The notes under the pieces: generated by a model | Told to the model about the DNA's origin: nothing | Databases searched by the model: none | The model's input: only the letters and a program-made list of their open reading frames with translations | NCBI GenBank assembly: GCA_046861645.1 | Contig: JBHHUM010000017.1 | Coordinates: forward strand, 1-39,071 | DNA from: Fidelibacterota bacterium | GTDB taxonomy: Bacteria; Fidelibacterota; Marinisomatia; Marinisomatales; UBA2128 | Direction: 5' to 3' | Length of the DNA stretch: 39,071 nucleotides | Position numbers and translations under genes: made by a program | Shown: positions 1 to 10,175 of the stretch, piece by piece | How positions within the stretch are numbered: position 1 is the first letter of the stretch | Layout of the letters: each line of letters begins with the position of its first letter

Positions 1-2
1 TG

Positions 3-473
3 GGGGAGGAGTTTCTTAATGCTTACACTGAGAATAAATCAAGCATCGAAAGCGAGGTAGAAGGAACACTGATCACAAACAGTCCAATTAATTTCAATGT
101 GTGGAATCTAATTTTAACTGATATGCAGTATGTCAATGCGCTCAAACCAGCGTATCAAGAACTGTACACTAAAATCCAAGAGCAGGCAGGTGTTTCAATA
201 ACATATCAGATTGTTATGGACGATGTACCTGATCCTGATAGCGAAAACGGATCCTGTGTAAATCAATCTAATCGCGTCCAGAATCGATCCTCAATCTCTA
301 TATTATTCTTAATGCATTTCTGGAAAGCACGTTTGAAAGAGGAACTAAATGCAACATTCATTCGGAGACTTCTGCTCGAAGTTCATCTACATCAGAAGAG
401 AAGTCCAATTGGGTTTCCTCGCGTTGACTCAACTCATAGTGTTGGAAGATTTCGTGTCGCCGTTCGTCGATAA
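3..473 (+). CDS. Partial hypothetical gene, open at the 5' window edge; C-terminal part probably aberrant read-through antisense to the TA locus
   Basis: Frame 3 has no stop from position 3 (GEEFLNAYTENKSSIESEVEGTLITNSPINFNVWNL...DDVPDPDSE) to 473. After ~245 it is simply the antisense of the toxin/antitoxin genes. Confidence 0.45.
   Translation, partial: GEEFLNAYTENKSSIESEVEGTLITNSPINFNVWNLILTDMQYVNALKPAYQELYTKIQEQAGVSITYQIVMDDVPDPDSENGSCVNQSNRVQNRSSISILFLMHFWKARLKEELNATFIRRLLLEVHLHQKRSPIGFPRVDSTHSVGRFRVAVRR
245..361 (-). pseudogene. Truncated RelE/YafQ-type mRNA interferase toxin
   Basis: ATG at 361 overlaps the antitoxin stop (ATGA). It reads MNVAFSSSFKRAFQKCIKNNIEIEDRFWTRLD*FTQDPF, a typical RelE/YafQ N-terminus, with an in-frame TGA at 265-263. 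The expected C-terminal H-x-L-x-G region is absent and another stop follows at 208-206. Confidence 0.75.
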
Positions 474-564
474 GATATTTATCCAATAACGACTTCAATT
501 CAAGTTTTTCATTCGGATCGAGTTGTTTCACCTCTTCTACCACATCAGAAAATAGTTTCTTCAT
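358..564 (-). CDS. Small acidic putative antitoxin (68 aa)
   Basis: AAGGA SD upstream of ATG at 564 (MKKLFSDVVEEVKQLDPNEKLELKSLL...FSSDVDEL). Acidic, and coupled by an ATGA overlap to the toxin remnant. Confidence 0.75.
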   Translation of the reverse strand: MKKLFSDVVEEVKQLDPNEKLELKSLLDKYLIDERRHEIFQHYELSQREETQLDFSSDVDELRAEVSE

Positions 565-843
565 ATCATTTCCTTTCTGTTCATAAATATACTTCGAATG
601 AGAAAAGAACAAAATGAGAAGAATGCACAGGAAATTCATTTTTGTGAGGTACCCAACTAGTAATGTATGATGTATTCATTAAATAGTGCTCCCAAATGAG
701 TGATATTTTTCCTCGCTCTCTTCTCTCTGATCGCTTCAATATTAATAGCAAATCATCATTTGACAACCTTAATTGAGAGATACCTCTTGTAAATCGGGTG
801 AGTTATACTACTGAAGTAAGTCTGCTCTTTTGTAAATTTTGTC

Positions 844-2277
844 ATGACAAATATATCAACACTCCTGGATCAGGATTCAGAGAATGTCAAACTCTTCAAA
901 GCCGCCGGCGCTTTAGCCTCTGAGGAGGCAGTAGATGTATATGTAGTAGGCGGCTATGTTCGCGACCTTATGCTGGGTCGTCCGCTCTCTGATGTGGATC
1001 TGATGGTAGTAGGGGATGGCATCAGTTATGCTCGGAAGCTTGCCAAAAAGCTGAAGATCAGGACAGTGGTTCCTTTTGAGAAGTTTGGTACAGCTCAAAT
1101 TCAAAGTCAAGATAGGATAATAGAGGTGGCTACAGCAAGAGTAGAGAGATATGATAGAGACTCCCGCAATCCACAAGTACGCTCAGCAGATTTGGAGGCC
1201 GATCTTGCCCGTCGTGATTTCACCGTTAACGCCATGGCAATCGCACTGGGAGGTGAGATGCGTGGGGAACTCTACGATCCCTACGGAGGTGTACGCGATC
1301 TACAGCATCGTTACCTTAGAACTCCACTCGATCCCGATACTACTTTTTCCGACGATCCTTTACGCATGCTCCGGGCGGTCCGCTTTGCGGCTCAGCTCGA
1401 TTTCCAGATTGATAATCCCGTTGGGCAGAGTATCAAACGACAAGCTCAGCGTATTAATATTGTTTCTGCAGAACGCATCACCACTGAGTTCTATAAAATA
1501 CTCGAAACTCCTATGCCGTCTGTGGGACTGGATTTACTGCAACAGGTAGGGTTAATGGAGATAATATTTCCAGAAATTGCGGTGATGGTAGGACTCGAAC
1601 AACCCCAGGAATGGCACCACAAAGATATTTTCTATCACACTCTTCAAGTGGTGGACAATATTGCCCGACTAACTGATAAAGCCGACCTTAGGTTTGCGGC
1701 TCTGGTACATGATATTGCCAAGCCTCGCACTCGTCGATTGAGCAAAACCAGAGGTTGGACTTTCCATGGTCATGATGTAGTAGGTAGCCGGATGCTAACC
1801 AGGGTAGCCCACCGGATGAAACTTTCTAACAAGACATTAGAATATCTGCAGAAGTTAACCCTCCTTCATCTCCGTCCTATTGCTCTGGCTAAAGACGGTG
1901 TTACTGATAGTGCCGTACGTCGTGTGATGGTCGCTGCTGGGGAAGATCTGGATGATTTGATGATTCTTTGCCGGGCGGATATTACCTCTAAGAATTCCAG
2001 GTTGGTGAAGCAGTATTTGGCTAACTTCGATCGTGTTGAGCAATTGATGCAAAATGTGGAAGAGCGGGATGCTTATATTGCTTTTCAATCACCTGTCCGG
2101 GGAGACGTAATAATGAGTGAACTTGGGATTTCTCCTGGGAAACTGGTGGGTGAGATTAAGAGCAGAATAGAAGAAGCAATACTTGATGGAGAAGTAGAGA
2201 ACAATTATGAAGCAGCCTATAAATTCTTTCAAAAGATAAAACAGGAGTATACTAGTAAAAGAGAGAATCACTCATAA
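844..2277 (+). CDS. cca: Class II tRNA nucleotidyltransferase (CCA-adding/poly(A) polymerase family) with HD domain
   Basis: VVGGYVRD...DVD, DLARRDFTVNAMA and DDPLRMLRAVRF motifs; HD domain (HTLQV...LVHDIAKP). Confidence 0.9.
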   Translation: MTNISTLLDQDSENVKLFKAAGALASEEAVDVYVVGGYVRDLMLGRPLSDVDLMVVGDGISYARKLAKKLKIRTVVPFEKFGTAQIQSQDRIIEVATARVERYDRDSRNPQVRSADLEADLARRDFTVNAMAIALGGEMRGELYDPYGGVRDLQHRYLRTPLDPDTTFSDDPLRMLRAVRFAAQLDFQIDNPVGQSIKRQAQRINIVSAERITTEFYKILETPMPSVGLDLLQQVGLMEIIFPEIAVMVGLEQPQEWHHKDIFYHTLQVVDNIARLTDKADLRFAALVHDIAKPRTRRLSKTRGWTFHGHDVVGSRMLTRVAHRMKLSNKTLEYLQKLTLLHLRPIALAKDGVTDSAVRRVMVAAGEDLDDLMILCRADITSKNSRLVKQYLANFDRVEQLMQNVEERDAYIAFQSPVRGDVIMSELGISPGKLVGEIKSRIEEAILDGEVENNYEAAYKFFQKIKQEYTSKRENHS

Positions 2278-2534
2278 ATAACATCTGACCCAAATTATAT
2301 TGGTAACAATACAAAAAAACATCTTCATGGGAGTTGAGAATTGTCCGCCGCTTAATAAATGTCGGGTAGTTAAGTAGCGAGGCCATCACGACACAGGTGG
2401 ACAGGTATATTACCACATTGAATAACAAAAGAACGATAAAGTCCTGTTAAAATAACCTGATTTTCCAGGATTGTAAACATGCAGCGAAAGTATTTATGCC
2501 TTCGTATATTTGAATAAAGCAGTCTCCCTTTTAC

Positions 2535-2563
2535 TTGAATAGCGCCCGGGAGTCGGGTAAATT
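2535..2563 (+). promoter_or_regulatory. Sigma70-like promoter for the kds/lpt/rpoN operon
   Basis: TTGAAT (2535-2540), 17-nt spacer, TAAATT (2558-2563). Confidence 0.55.
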
Positions 2564-2568
2564 CACTT

Positions 2569-2584
2569 TGGCACGAAGATTGCA
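2569..2584 (+). promoter_or_regulatory. Sigma54 (-24/-12) binding site
   Basis: TGGCACG-AAGA-TTGCA is an exact match to TGGCACGNNNNTTGCW, 44 nt upstream of the kdsB ATG. Confidence 0.85.
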
Positions 2585-2628
2585 TGTAATGAGGAATCAT
2601 ACCAGTTGAACCGAAGTAAGTACCTATT

Positions 2629-4948
<2,320 letters not shown>

Positions 4949-4953
4949 GTATA

Positions 4954-5772
4954 ATGACCGTACGAATAGGTAATATTGATGTGGGAGGTAGTGACCTGGT
5001 AATCATTGCCGGTCCCTGTGTTATTGAATCTAAAGAGCACACCTTGAAATTAGCAGCGTCTTTACAGGATATTATGATGGCGAAACAAGTTCCCTTCATT
5101 TTCAAGACATCCTTCGATAAAGCTAATCGGACTGCTGTGGAATCATTCCGGGGTCCTGGTCTGGATAAAGGGTTACAAATCTTGCAGGAGGTGAAGGAAG
5201 CCGTAGGGATTCCTATACTGACTGACATCCATTCCCCCGACCAAACCGGTCCAGTGGCTGAGGTAGCCGACGTCCTGCAGATTCCAGCCTTCCTTTGCCG
5301 ACAGACGGACTTATTGATTGCAGCCGGGAAAACCGGCAAGTGCATCAATGTGAAAAAAGGGCAATTTCTTGCTCCCCATGATGCTGCCAACATCGTTGCT
5401 AAAATAGAATCCACCAGTAACAGAAGAATTCTCCTTACTGAACGCGGTACCAGTTTTGGCTATAATAATCTTGTTGCTGATATGCGATCCATTCCGGTTA
5501 TGAAGGCAACAGGTTATCCAGTAGTATTTGATGCTACCCATAGTGCTCAACATCCCGGCGAGTTGGGTCAGTCTACAGGTGGCGATAGAGGTGTTATACC
5601 TGTATTAGCTAAAGCCGCTGTGGCTGCAGGGTGTGATGCTGTATTTATGGAAGTTCACGATGATGTAGAGCATGCCAGAAGTGATGCTGCTACACAATGG
5701 CCCCTGCAAAAGACAGCGGAACTTGTTGATACTCTACGGAATATTTTTCAGGTGATAAGAGAGAAACAGTGA
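4954..5772 (+). CDS. kdsA: KDO8P synthase (metal-dependent type)
   Basis: IAGPCVIE, DKANRT, QIPAFLCRQT, KKGQF, DATHS and SDA motifs. Confidence 0.97.
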   Translation: MTVRIGNIDVGGSDLVIIAGPCVIESKEHTLKLAASLQDIMMAKQVPFIFKTSFDKANRTAVESFRGPGLDKGLQILQEVKEAVGIPILTDIHSPDQTGPVAEVADVLQIPAFLCRQTDLLIAAGKTGKCINVKKGQFLAPHDAANIVAKIESTSNRRILLTERGTSFGYNNLVADMRSIPVMKATGYPVVFDATHSAQHPGELGQSTGGDRGVIPVLAKAAVAAGCDAVFMEVHDDVEHARSDAATQWPLQKTAELVDTLRNIFQVIREKQ

Positions 5773-6320
5773 ATACTGATTTTAAGCAAGCGGCTGAAAA
5801 GATCAAGATAATCCTGACGGATGTGGATGGTGTTTTTACTGACGGTACGATTTACAAGGGTAACGATGGCTCCGAATTCAAACGTTTCTCCGTCCTGGAT
5901 GGCGCTGGAGTGGCACTGGCCAGGGCCGCCAATCTGAAAGTGGTTATTGTCTCGGGACGTCATTCGCCAGCTACGGTATCGCGGGCTAAGGAACTTGGTC
6001 TGGAAAATGACTGCTTTCAAGGAGAGTTAAATAAAGTTGCCCTATACAACCGGTTAAAGGAACAATACAGTTTTACGGATGAAGAAGCGGTGTTTATTGG
6101 TGATGATCTAATAGATATAGAAGTTATGAAACAGGTGGGGCTCCCCATTGCAGTTGCTAACGCCATTGCCCCCGTCAAAGCTATTGCCAAACTGGTGACT
6201 GAAGCAAAAGGTGGGGAAGGTGCCTTTCGGGAAGCTGTTGAGACGATTCTCCATTCTAGAGGAGAATATGAAGCGACAGTACTATTGCTACGCAATCAAA
6301 TTAAAGGGAATGAATTGTGA
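5769..6320 (+). CDS. kdsC: KDO8P phosphatase (HAD family)
   Basis: DVDGVFTDG, FSVLDG and GDDLID motifs, GGEGAFRE; GTGA overlap with kdsA. Confidence 0.95.
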   Translation: MNTDFKQAAEKIKIILTDVDGVFTDGTIYKGNDGSEFKRFSVLDGAGVALARAANLKVVIVSGRHSPATVSRAKELGLENDCFQGELNKVALYNRLKEQYSFTDEEAVFIGDDLIDIEVMKQVGLPIAVANAIAPVKAIAKLVTEAKGGEGAFREAVETILHSRGEYEATVLLLRNQIKGNEL

Positions 6321-7306
6321 GTAAGAAAAAATTAGGTAAGAATGTACAGGTGGGACAAGAGGTGATTCGCATTGAGGCTGAAGCAGTTGCCAGGTTGAAG
6401 AATCGTATTGATTCTCAGTTTGATCAAGCGGTGGAAATGATCTATGACTGCAATGGCCGGGTGATAGTTTCCGGCATGGGGAAGTCTGGTCTGATATCGC
6501 AGAAAATTGCTTCTACTTTAGCCAGTACGGGTACTCCGGCACAATTTGTACATCCCGGCGAAGCCATTCACGGAGATCTCGGTATGATTACAGAAAGAGA
6601 TATTGTGCTGGCGGTTTCCAACAGTGGGGAGACGCATGAATTAATTCAGCTTATGCCGGCGATCCGCAGGTTGGGCGTTCATGTCATTGGCCTGGTGGGT
6701 CGCCGGGAAAGTACGGTCTGCTCCATGGTGGATGTAGTCATTGATACCAGTGTAGAGCGGGAAGCCTGTACCCTCGATTTGGCTCCAACGGCCAGTACCA
6801 CCGCCATGCTGGCTATGGGTGATGCTTTGGCTGTGGCCCTTTTAGAAAAAAGAGGTTTCCAGAGGGAAGATTTTGCTCTGCTACATCCTGGTGGAGCACT
6901 GGGACGGCAGTTGCTGTTAACAGTCAGTGAAATTATGCACTCTGGAGACGAACTCCCTATTGTCTCCCGGGATGCTGATGTGAAAAGTGCCCTGTTGACC
7001 ATGAGCGAGAAGAGACTTGGGGTAGCTATTGTACTAAATGATGATGGCAATTTGGCGGGAATTATTACGGACGGTGATATCCGTCGGGCGTTGGAAAAAA
7101 GCGATGATATCTTAGAAGAAACCGCAGAATTTCTTATGACACCTGATCCCAAGTGGGTCTCTCAGGATACCCTCGCTATCAATGGACTGGAGATTATGGA
7201 GAAGTATTCTATCACCAGCTTATTTGTCTATAAAGATGAAGCCAATAACAGAAAACCTGTTGGTATTGTTCATATTCATGATATCCTGAAGGCCGGTATA
7301 TTATGA
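6317..7306 (+). CDS. kdsD: Arabinose-5-phosphate isomerase (SIS + CBS domains)
   Basis: GMGKSG, EAIHGDLG, APTASTT and HPGGALG motifs; C-terminal CBS pair (GIITDGD). Confidence 0.96.
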   Translation: MSKKKLGKNVQVGQEVIRIEAEAVARLKNRIDSQFDQAVEMIYDCNGRVIVSGMGKSGLISQKIASTLASTGTPAQFVHPGEAIHGDLGMITERDIVLAVSNSGETHELIQLMPAIRRLGVHVIGLVGRRESTVCSMVDVVIDTSVEREACTLDLAPTASTTAMLAMGDALAVALLEKRGFQREDFALLHPGGALGRQLLLTVSEIMHSGDELPIVSRDADVKSALLTMSEKRLGVAIVLNDDGNLAGIITDGDIRRALEKSDDILEETAEFLMTPDPKWVSQDTLAINGLEIMEKYSITSLFVYKDEANNRKPVGIVHIHDILKAGIL

Positions 7307-8043
7307 AATACTTGAGATTACTACTGATATTAATCCTTGTAATAACAAGTTGTGGTGAGAGAATAGAGGAAAACGAACTGGCAAAGGACTCCATCCCAGA
7401 TCAGGAAAGTTGGAATATTACTATAATTATGACACGTGAAGGGAAAAAGAGAGCAGTCATAAGGTCTGGGCATCTTACTAATTACGAAGAAAAAGCAAAG
7501 AGTGATAGGGCAGAATTCAACAGGTTTATTGCTACACTAAAGAATAGTGACTCTCCTCCCATAGAAAGAGAAGAAGCGGTGGAGACTTTAAATTCAGATT
7601 TTAAGGAATATATCGGTGAAATTGATCTCCGCCTGGCAACATTGGCAGAGTTAAATACTATTCAAAAATCTGCTAATGCCCGTTTCAAGAAAAAAATCAA
7701 TACGGCTATACTGGATGAGGGAGTCGATGCTGACCTTTATTCAACTGAAGAGCAGCACATGTCGAACTTAAAATCAGTTATGGCCTATGTGTATGGAGAT
7801 ACCAAAAAGGACTCTATGCTGGCTATAGGGGATGTGGTAGTCGTTTCGGATAGTGGGGTTACCCTATTTACGGATTCTCTAATGTGGAACAGTGTCGATT
7901 CTCTCATAACAACAGATGATACAGTCATGCTGATCACCGAAGTAAATGATACCCTTAATGGTATTGGTTTTCAATCCAGCGCTGATTTGACGCACTGGAA
8001 AATTCATCAGACCTGGGGTGTGACGGAGAGGACGTATGAGTAA
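7303..8043 (+). CDS. lptC: LPS export protein LptC-like lipoprotein with an internal helical insertion
   Basis: Lipobox ITSC; PDQESW...GDVVVVSDSGVTLFTDSLMWN...GIGFQS beta-jellyroll pattern; located between kdsD and lptB. Confidence 0.8.
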   Translation: MKYLRLLLILILVITSCGERIEENELAKDSIPDQESWNITIIMTREGKKRAVIRSGHLTNYEEKAKSDRAEFNRFIATLKNSDSPPIEREEAVETLNSDFKEYIGEIDLRLATLAELNTIQKSANARFKKKINTAILDEGVDADLYSTEEQHMSNLKSVMAYVYGDTKKDSMLAIGDVVVVSDSGVTLFTDSLMWNSVDSLITTDDTVMLITEVNDTLNGIGFQSSADLTHWKIHQTWGVTERTYE

Positions 8044-8782
8044 ACATCACTCCAATAGTGTCATGTTAAGTGTAGCCGAGCTCAAGAAACGTTACGGCAA
8101 GAAGGTTGTCGTCAATGACGTAAGTCTGGAATTAAAAAAGGGTGAGATAGTCGGTCTATTAGGTCCAAACGGAGCTGGTAAAACCACAACTTTTTACATG
8201 ATCACAGGTATGATCCAACCGACAGAGGGTACTATTTACCTGGGGAATGAAGATATTACAGATTTACCCATGTACCGCCGGGCTAGAAAGGGAATAGGAT
8301 ATCTGGCTCAAGAACCATCTATCTTTAGTAGATTGAGTGTGGAAGATAATCTCCGGTTGGTACTGGAGATGACCAATCTGTCCAAAGCTGAACAGACGGA
8401 AAAATTAGAGAAAGTGTTGGCAGATTTGTCCATTACTGCTATTCGAAAGTCTAAGGGTTATAATTTGTCCGGTGGAGAACGTCGTCGAGCTGAGATTAGT
8501 CGCGCTTTGGTAATGGACCCTAATTTCATATTACTGGATGAACCTTTTGCCGGTATTGATCCCATAGCAGTGGAAGATATTCAAAGCATCATCCATTCAC
8601 TCAAGGATCGTGGCATCGGTGTCCTCATAACTGATCATAACGTAAGGGAAACTCTATCAGTCACCGATCGGGCTTATCTTCTTTACGATGGTCGAATATT
8701 AATGTCAGGATCAGCGACGTCACTGGCAAATGACCCGGATGCGAGAAAGCTCTATCTGGGAGAAAAATTTAGCTTACATTGA
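8036..8782 (+). CDS. lptB: LPS export ABC ATPase
   Basis: GPNGAGKTT, YLAQEPSIF, LSGGERRR, LDEPFAG and ITDHNVRETL motifs, YLGE C-terminus. Confidence 0.97.
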   Translation: MSKHHSNSVMLSVAELKKRYGKKVVVNDVSLELKKGEIVGLLGPNGAGKTTTFYMITGMIQPTEGTIYLGNEDITDLPMYRRARKGIGYLAQEPSIFSRLSVEDNLRLVLEMTNLSKAEQTEKLEKVLADLSITAIRKSKGYNLSGGERRRAEISRALVMDPNFILLDEPFAGIDPIAVEDIQSIIHSLKDRGIGVLITDHNVRETLSVTDRAYLLYDGRILMSGSATSLANDPDARKLYLGEKFSLH

Positions 8783-8783
8783 T

Positions 8784-10136
8784 ATGCCTGAATTAAGACA
8801 AACCCTCGAGCAGAAACTTAGACTCTCACCCCAACAGCTGCTACAGACAGCCCTGTTACAGCTTAATACTCTCGCCCTGGTAGAACGTATTGACGAAGAA
8901 TTGGAGAGTAATCCCCTGTTAGAAGAATTACCTGAGACAGGGGAAACGGGTGATGACTCCGAGAGCAAGGATGAGCTGGAGATGGAACTTGACTGGGATG
9001 ATTTTGAAGGAGAGCCTGTTCGTCAGCAGTGGGATAAATCTGCCGAGCGGAAAGAGATGCCCCTTGTACAAATCCCCGATCCCATTGATTACCTGTTAGA
9101 TCAGATTAACCTGCTGGATATTTCCGATGAAGACCGGATCATCGCTGATGAGATCGCCTGGAATGTAGATGAAAAGGGTTATCTGGCAACTGATATCGAA
9201 ATAGTGGCTGATCGGTTAGGGGTAAGTACAGAAGATGTGGAGCGAGTTTTATATATGGTCCAGCGACTTACTCCTCCGGGCATTGCAGCCCGGAACCTTC
9301 AGGAATGTCTCGCTGTCCAGTTAGAAGCAATAGGAGAAACTGGTCTCCCCTTGCAGTTAGTAAAGGAGAACTTTGATGACTTTGCCAACCGACGCTTTGA
9401 AAAATTGAGGTTTCACCTGAATTGCTCTGAAGAGGAGTTGAACGATGCCATGGAGGTCATTGCTCATCTAAATCCCAAGCCTGGTGCGGGGTCGCCCACC
9501 AGTAAAGCGGACTATATCATTCCTGATCTGATCGTGGAGGAAGTGGATGGAGAACTTGTAATCTCGGTAAATGATTCTAATCTACCAGCTCTCCACATCT
9601 CGCCTGTCTACCGTGATATGCTTTTGAATAATAATGGTGATGCTGAAACGAAAAAGTTTCTCAGGCAGAAAATGGAGGCAGCCAAATGGTTTCTGCAAGC
9701 TGTACAGCAACGCCAGATGACGATGATGAAGGTGATGAAAGCGATAATGGAACTTCAGCCTGATTTTTTCGATGGTGATACTTCAGCACTCAAACCGATG
9801 GTACTCAAGGATGTTGCAGATCTAATTGAGATGGATATTTCCACCATTAGTCGCGTTACCCGGGGGAAATATGTACAGACGCCGTTTGGGACATACGAGT
9901 TGAAACACTTTTTCACAGAAGGAATGACCACCAGCGAGGGCGAAGAAGTATCAACGAGAATCGTCAAAGCTGAACTGCGTAAGGTTATTGAAGGCGAAGA
10001 TAAGCGCCGGCCGTTTTCTGATGATAAGCTGGCAAAGATCATGATGGAACGGGGTTACCCTATTGCCCGAAGAACAGTAGCTAAATATCGGGAGCAGTTG
10101 AATATTCCGGTTGCCCGTTTGAGGCGGAAATTATGA
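8784..10136 (+). CDS. rpoN: RNA polymerase sigma-54 factor
   Basis: Gln/Leu-rich region I, STISR HTH and RpoN box ARRTVAKYRE. Start placed at ATG 8784, 1 nt after the lptB stop, rather than 8730. Confidence 0.97.
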   Translation: MPELRQTLEQKLRLSPQQLLQTALLQLNTLALVERIDEELESNPLLEELPETGETGDDSESKDELEMELDWDDFEGEPVRQQWDKSAERKEMPLVQIPDPIDYLLDQINLLDISDEDRIIADEIAWNVDEKGYLATDIEIVADRLGVSTEDVERVLYMVQRLTPPGIAARNLQECLAVQLEAIGETGLPLQLVKENFDDFANRRFEKLRFHLNCSEEELNDAMEVIAHLNPKPGAGSPTSKADYIIPDLIVEEVDGELVISVNDSNLPALHISPVYRDMLLNNNGDAETKKFLRQKMEAAKWFLQAVQQRQMTMMKVMKAIMELQPDFFDGDTSALKPMVLKDVADLIEMDISTISRVTRGKYVQTPFGTYELKHFFTEGMTTSEGEEVSTRIVKAELRKVIEGEDKRRPFSDDKLAKIMMERGYPIARRTVAKYREQLNIPVARLRRKL

Positions 10137-10175
10137 TTATCTGGAATAATTTCGGATAGAAGAAAGGAGTAAGTT

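Noticed and set aside
263..265. In-frame TGA in the toxin as a sign of recoding (Sec, Trp or Gly)
   Set aside because: Many conserved genes here (kdsA, kdsD, rpoN, radA, tgt) end at TGA at their expected C-termini, and the toxin is truncated shortly afterwards anyway.
581..766. 61-aa minus-strand ORF upstream of the antitoxin, and the 639 start for the antitoxin
   Set aside because: No family features. The region looks like promoter DNA, and the ATG at 564 has the clear SD.
8730..8783. N-terminal extension of rpoN in the ORF track
   Set aside because: It would overlap lptB by 53 nt. The ATG at 8784 gives a typical region I start.
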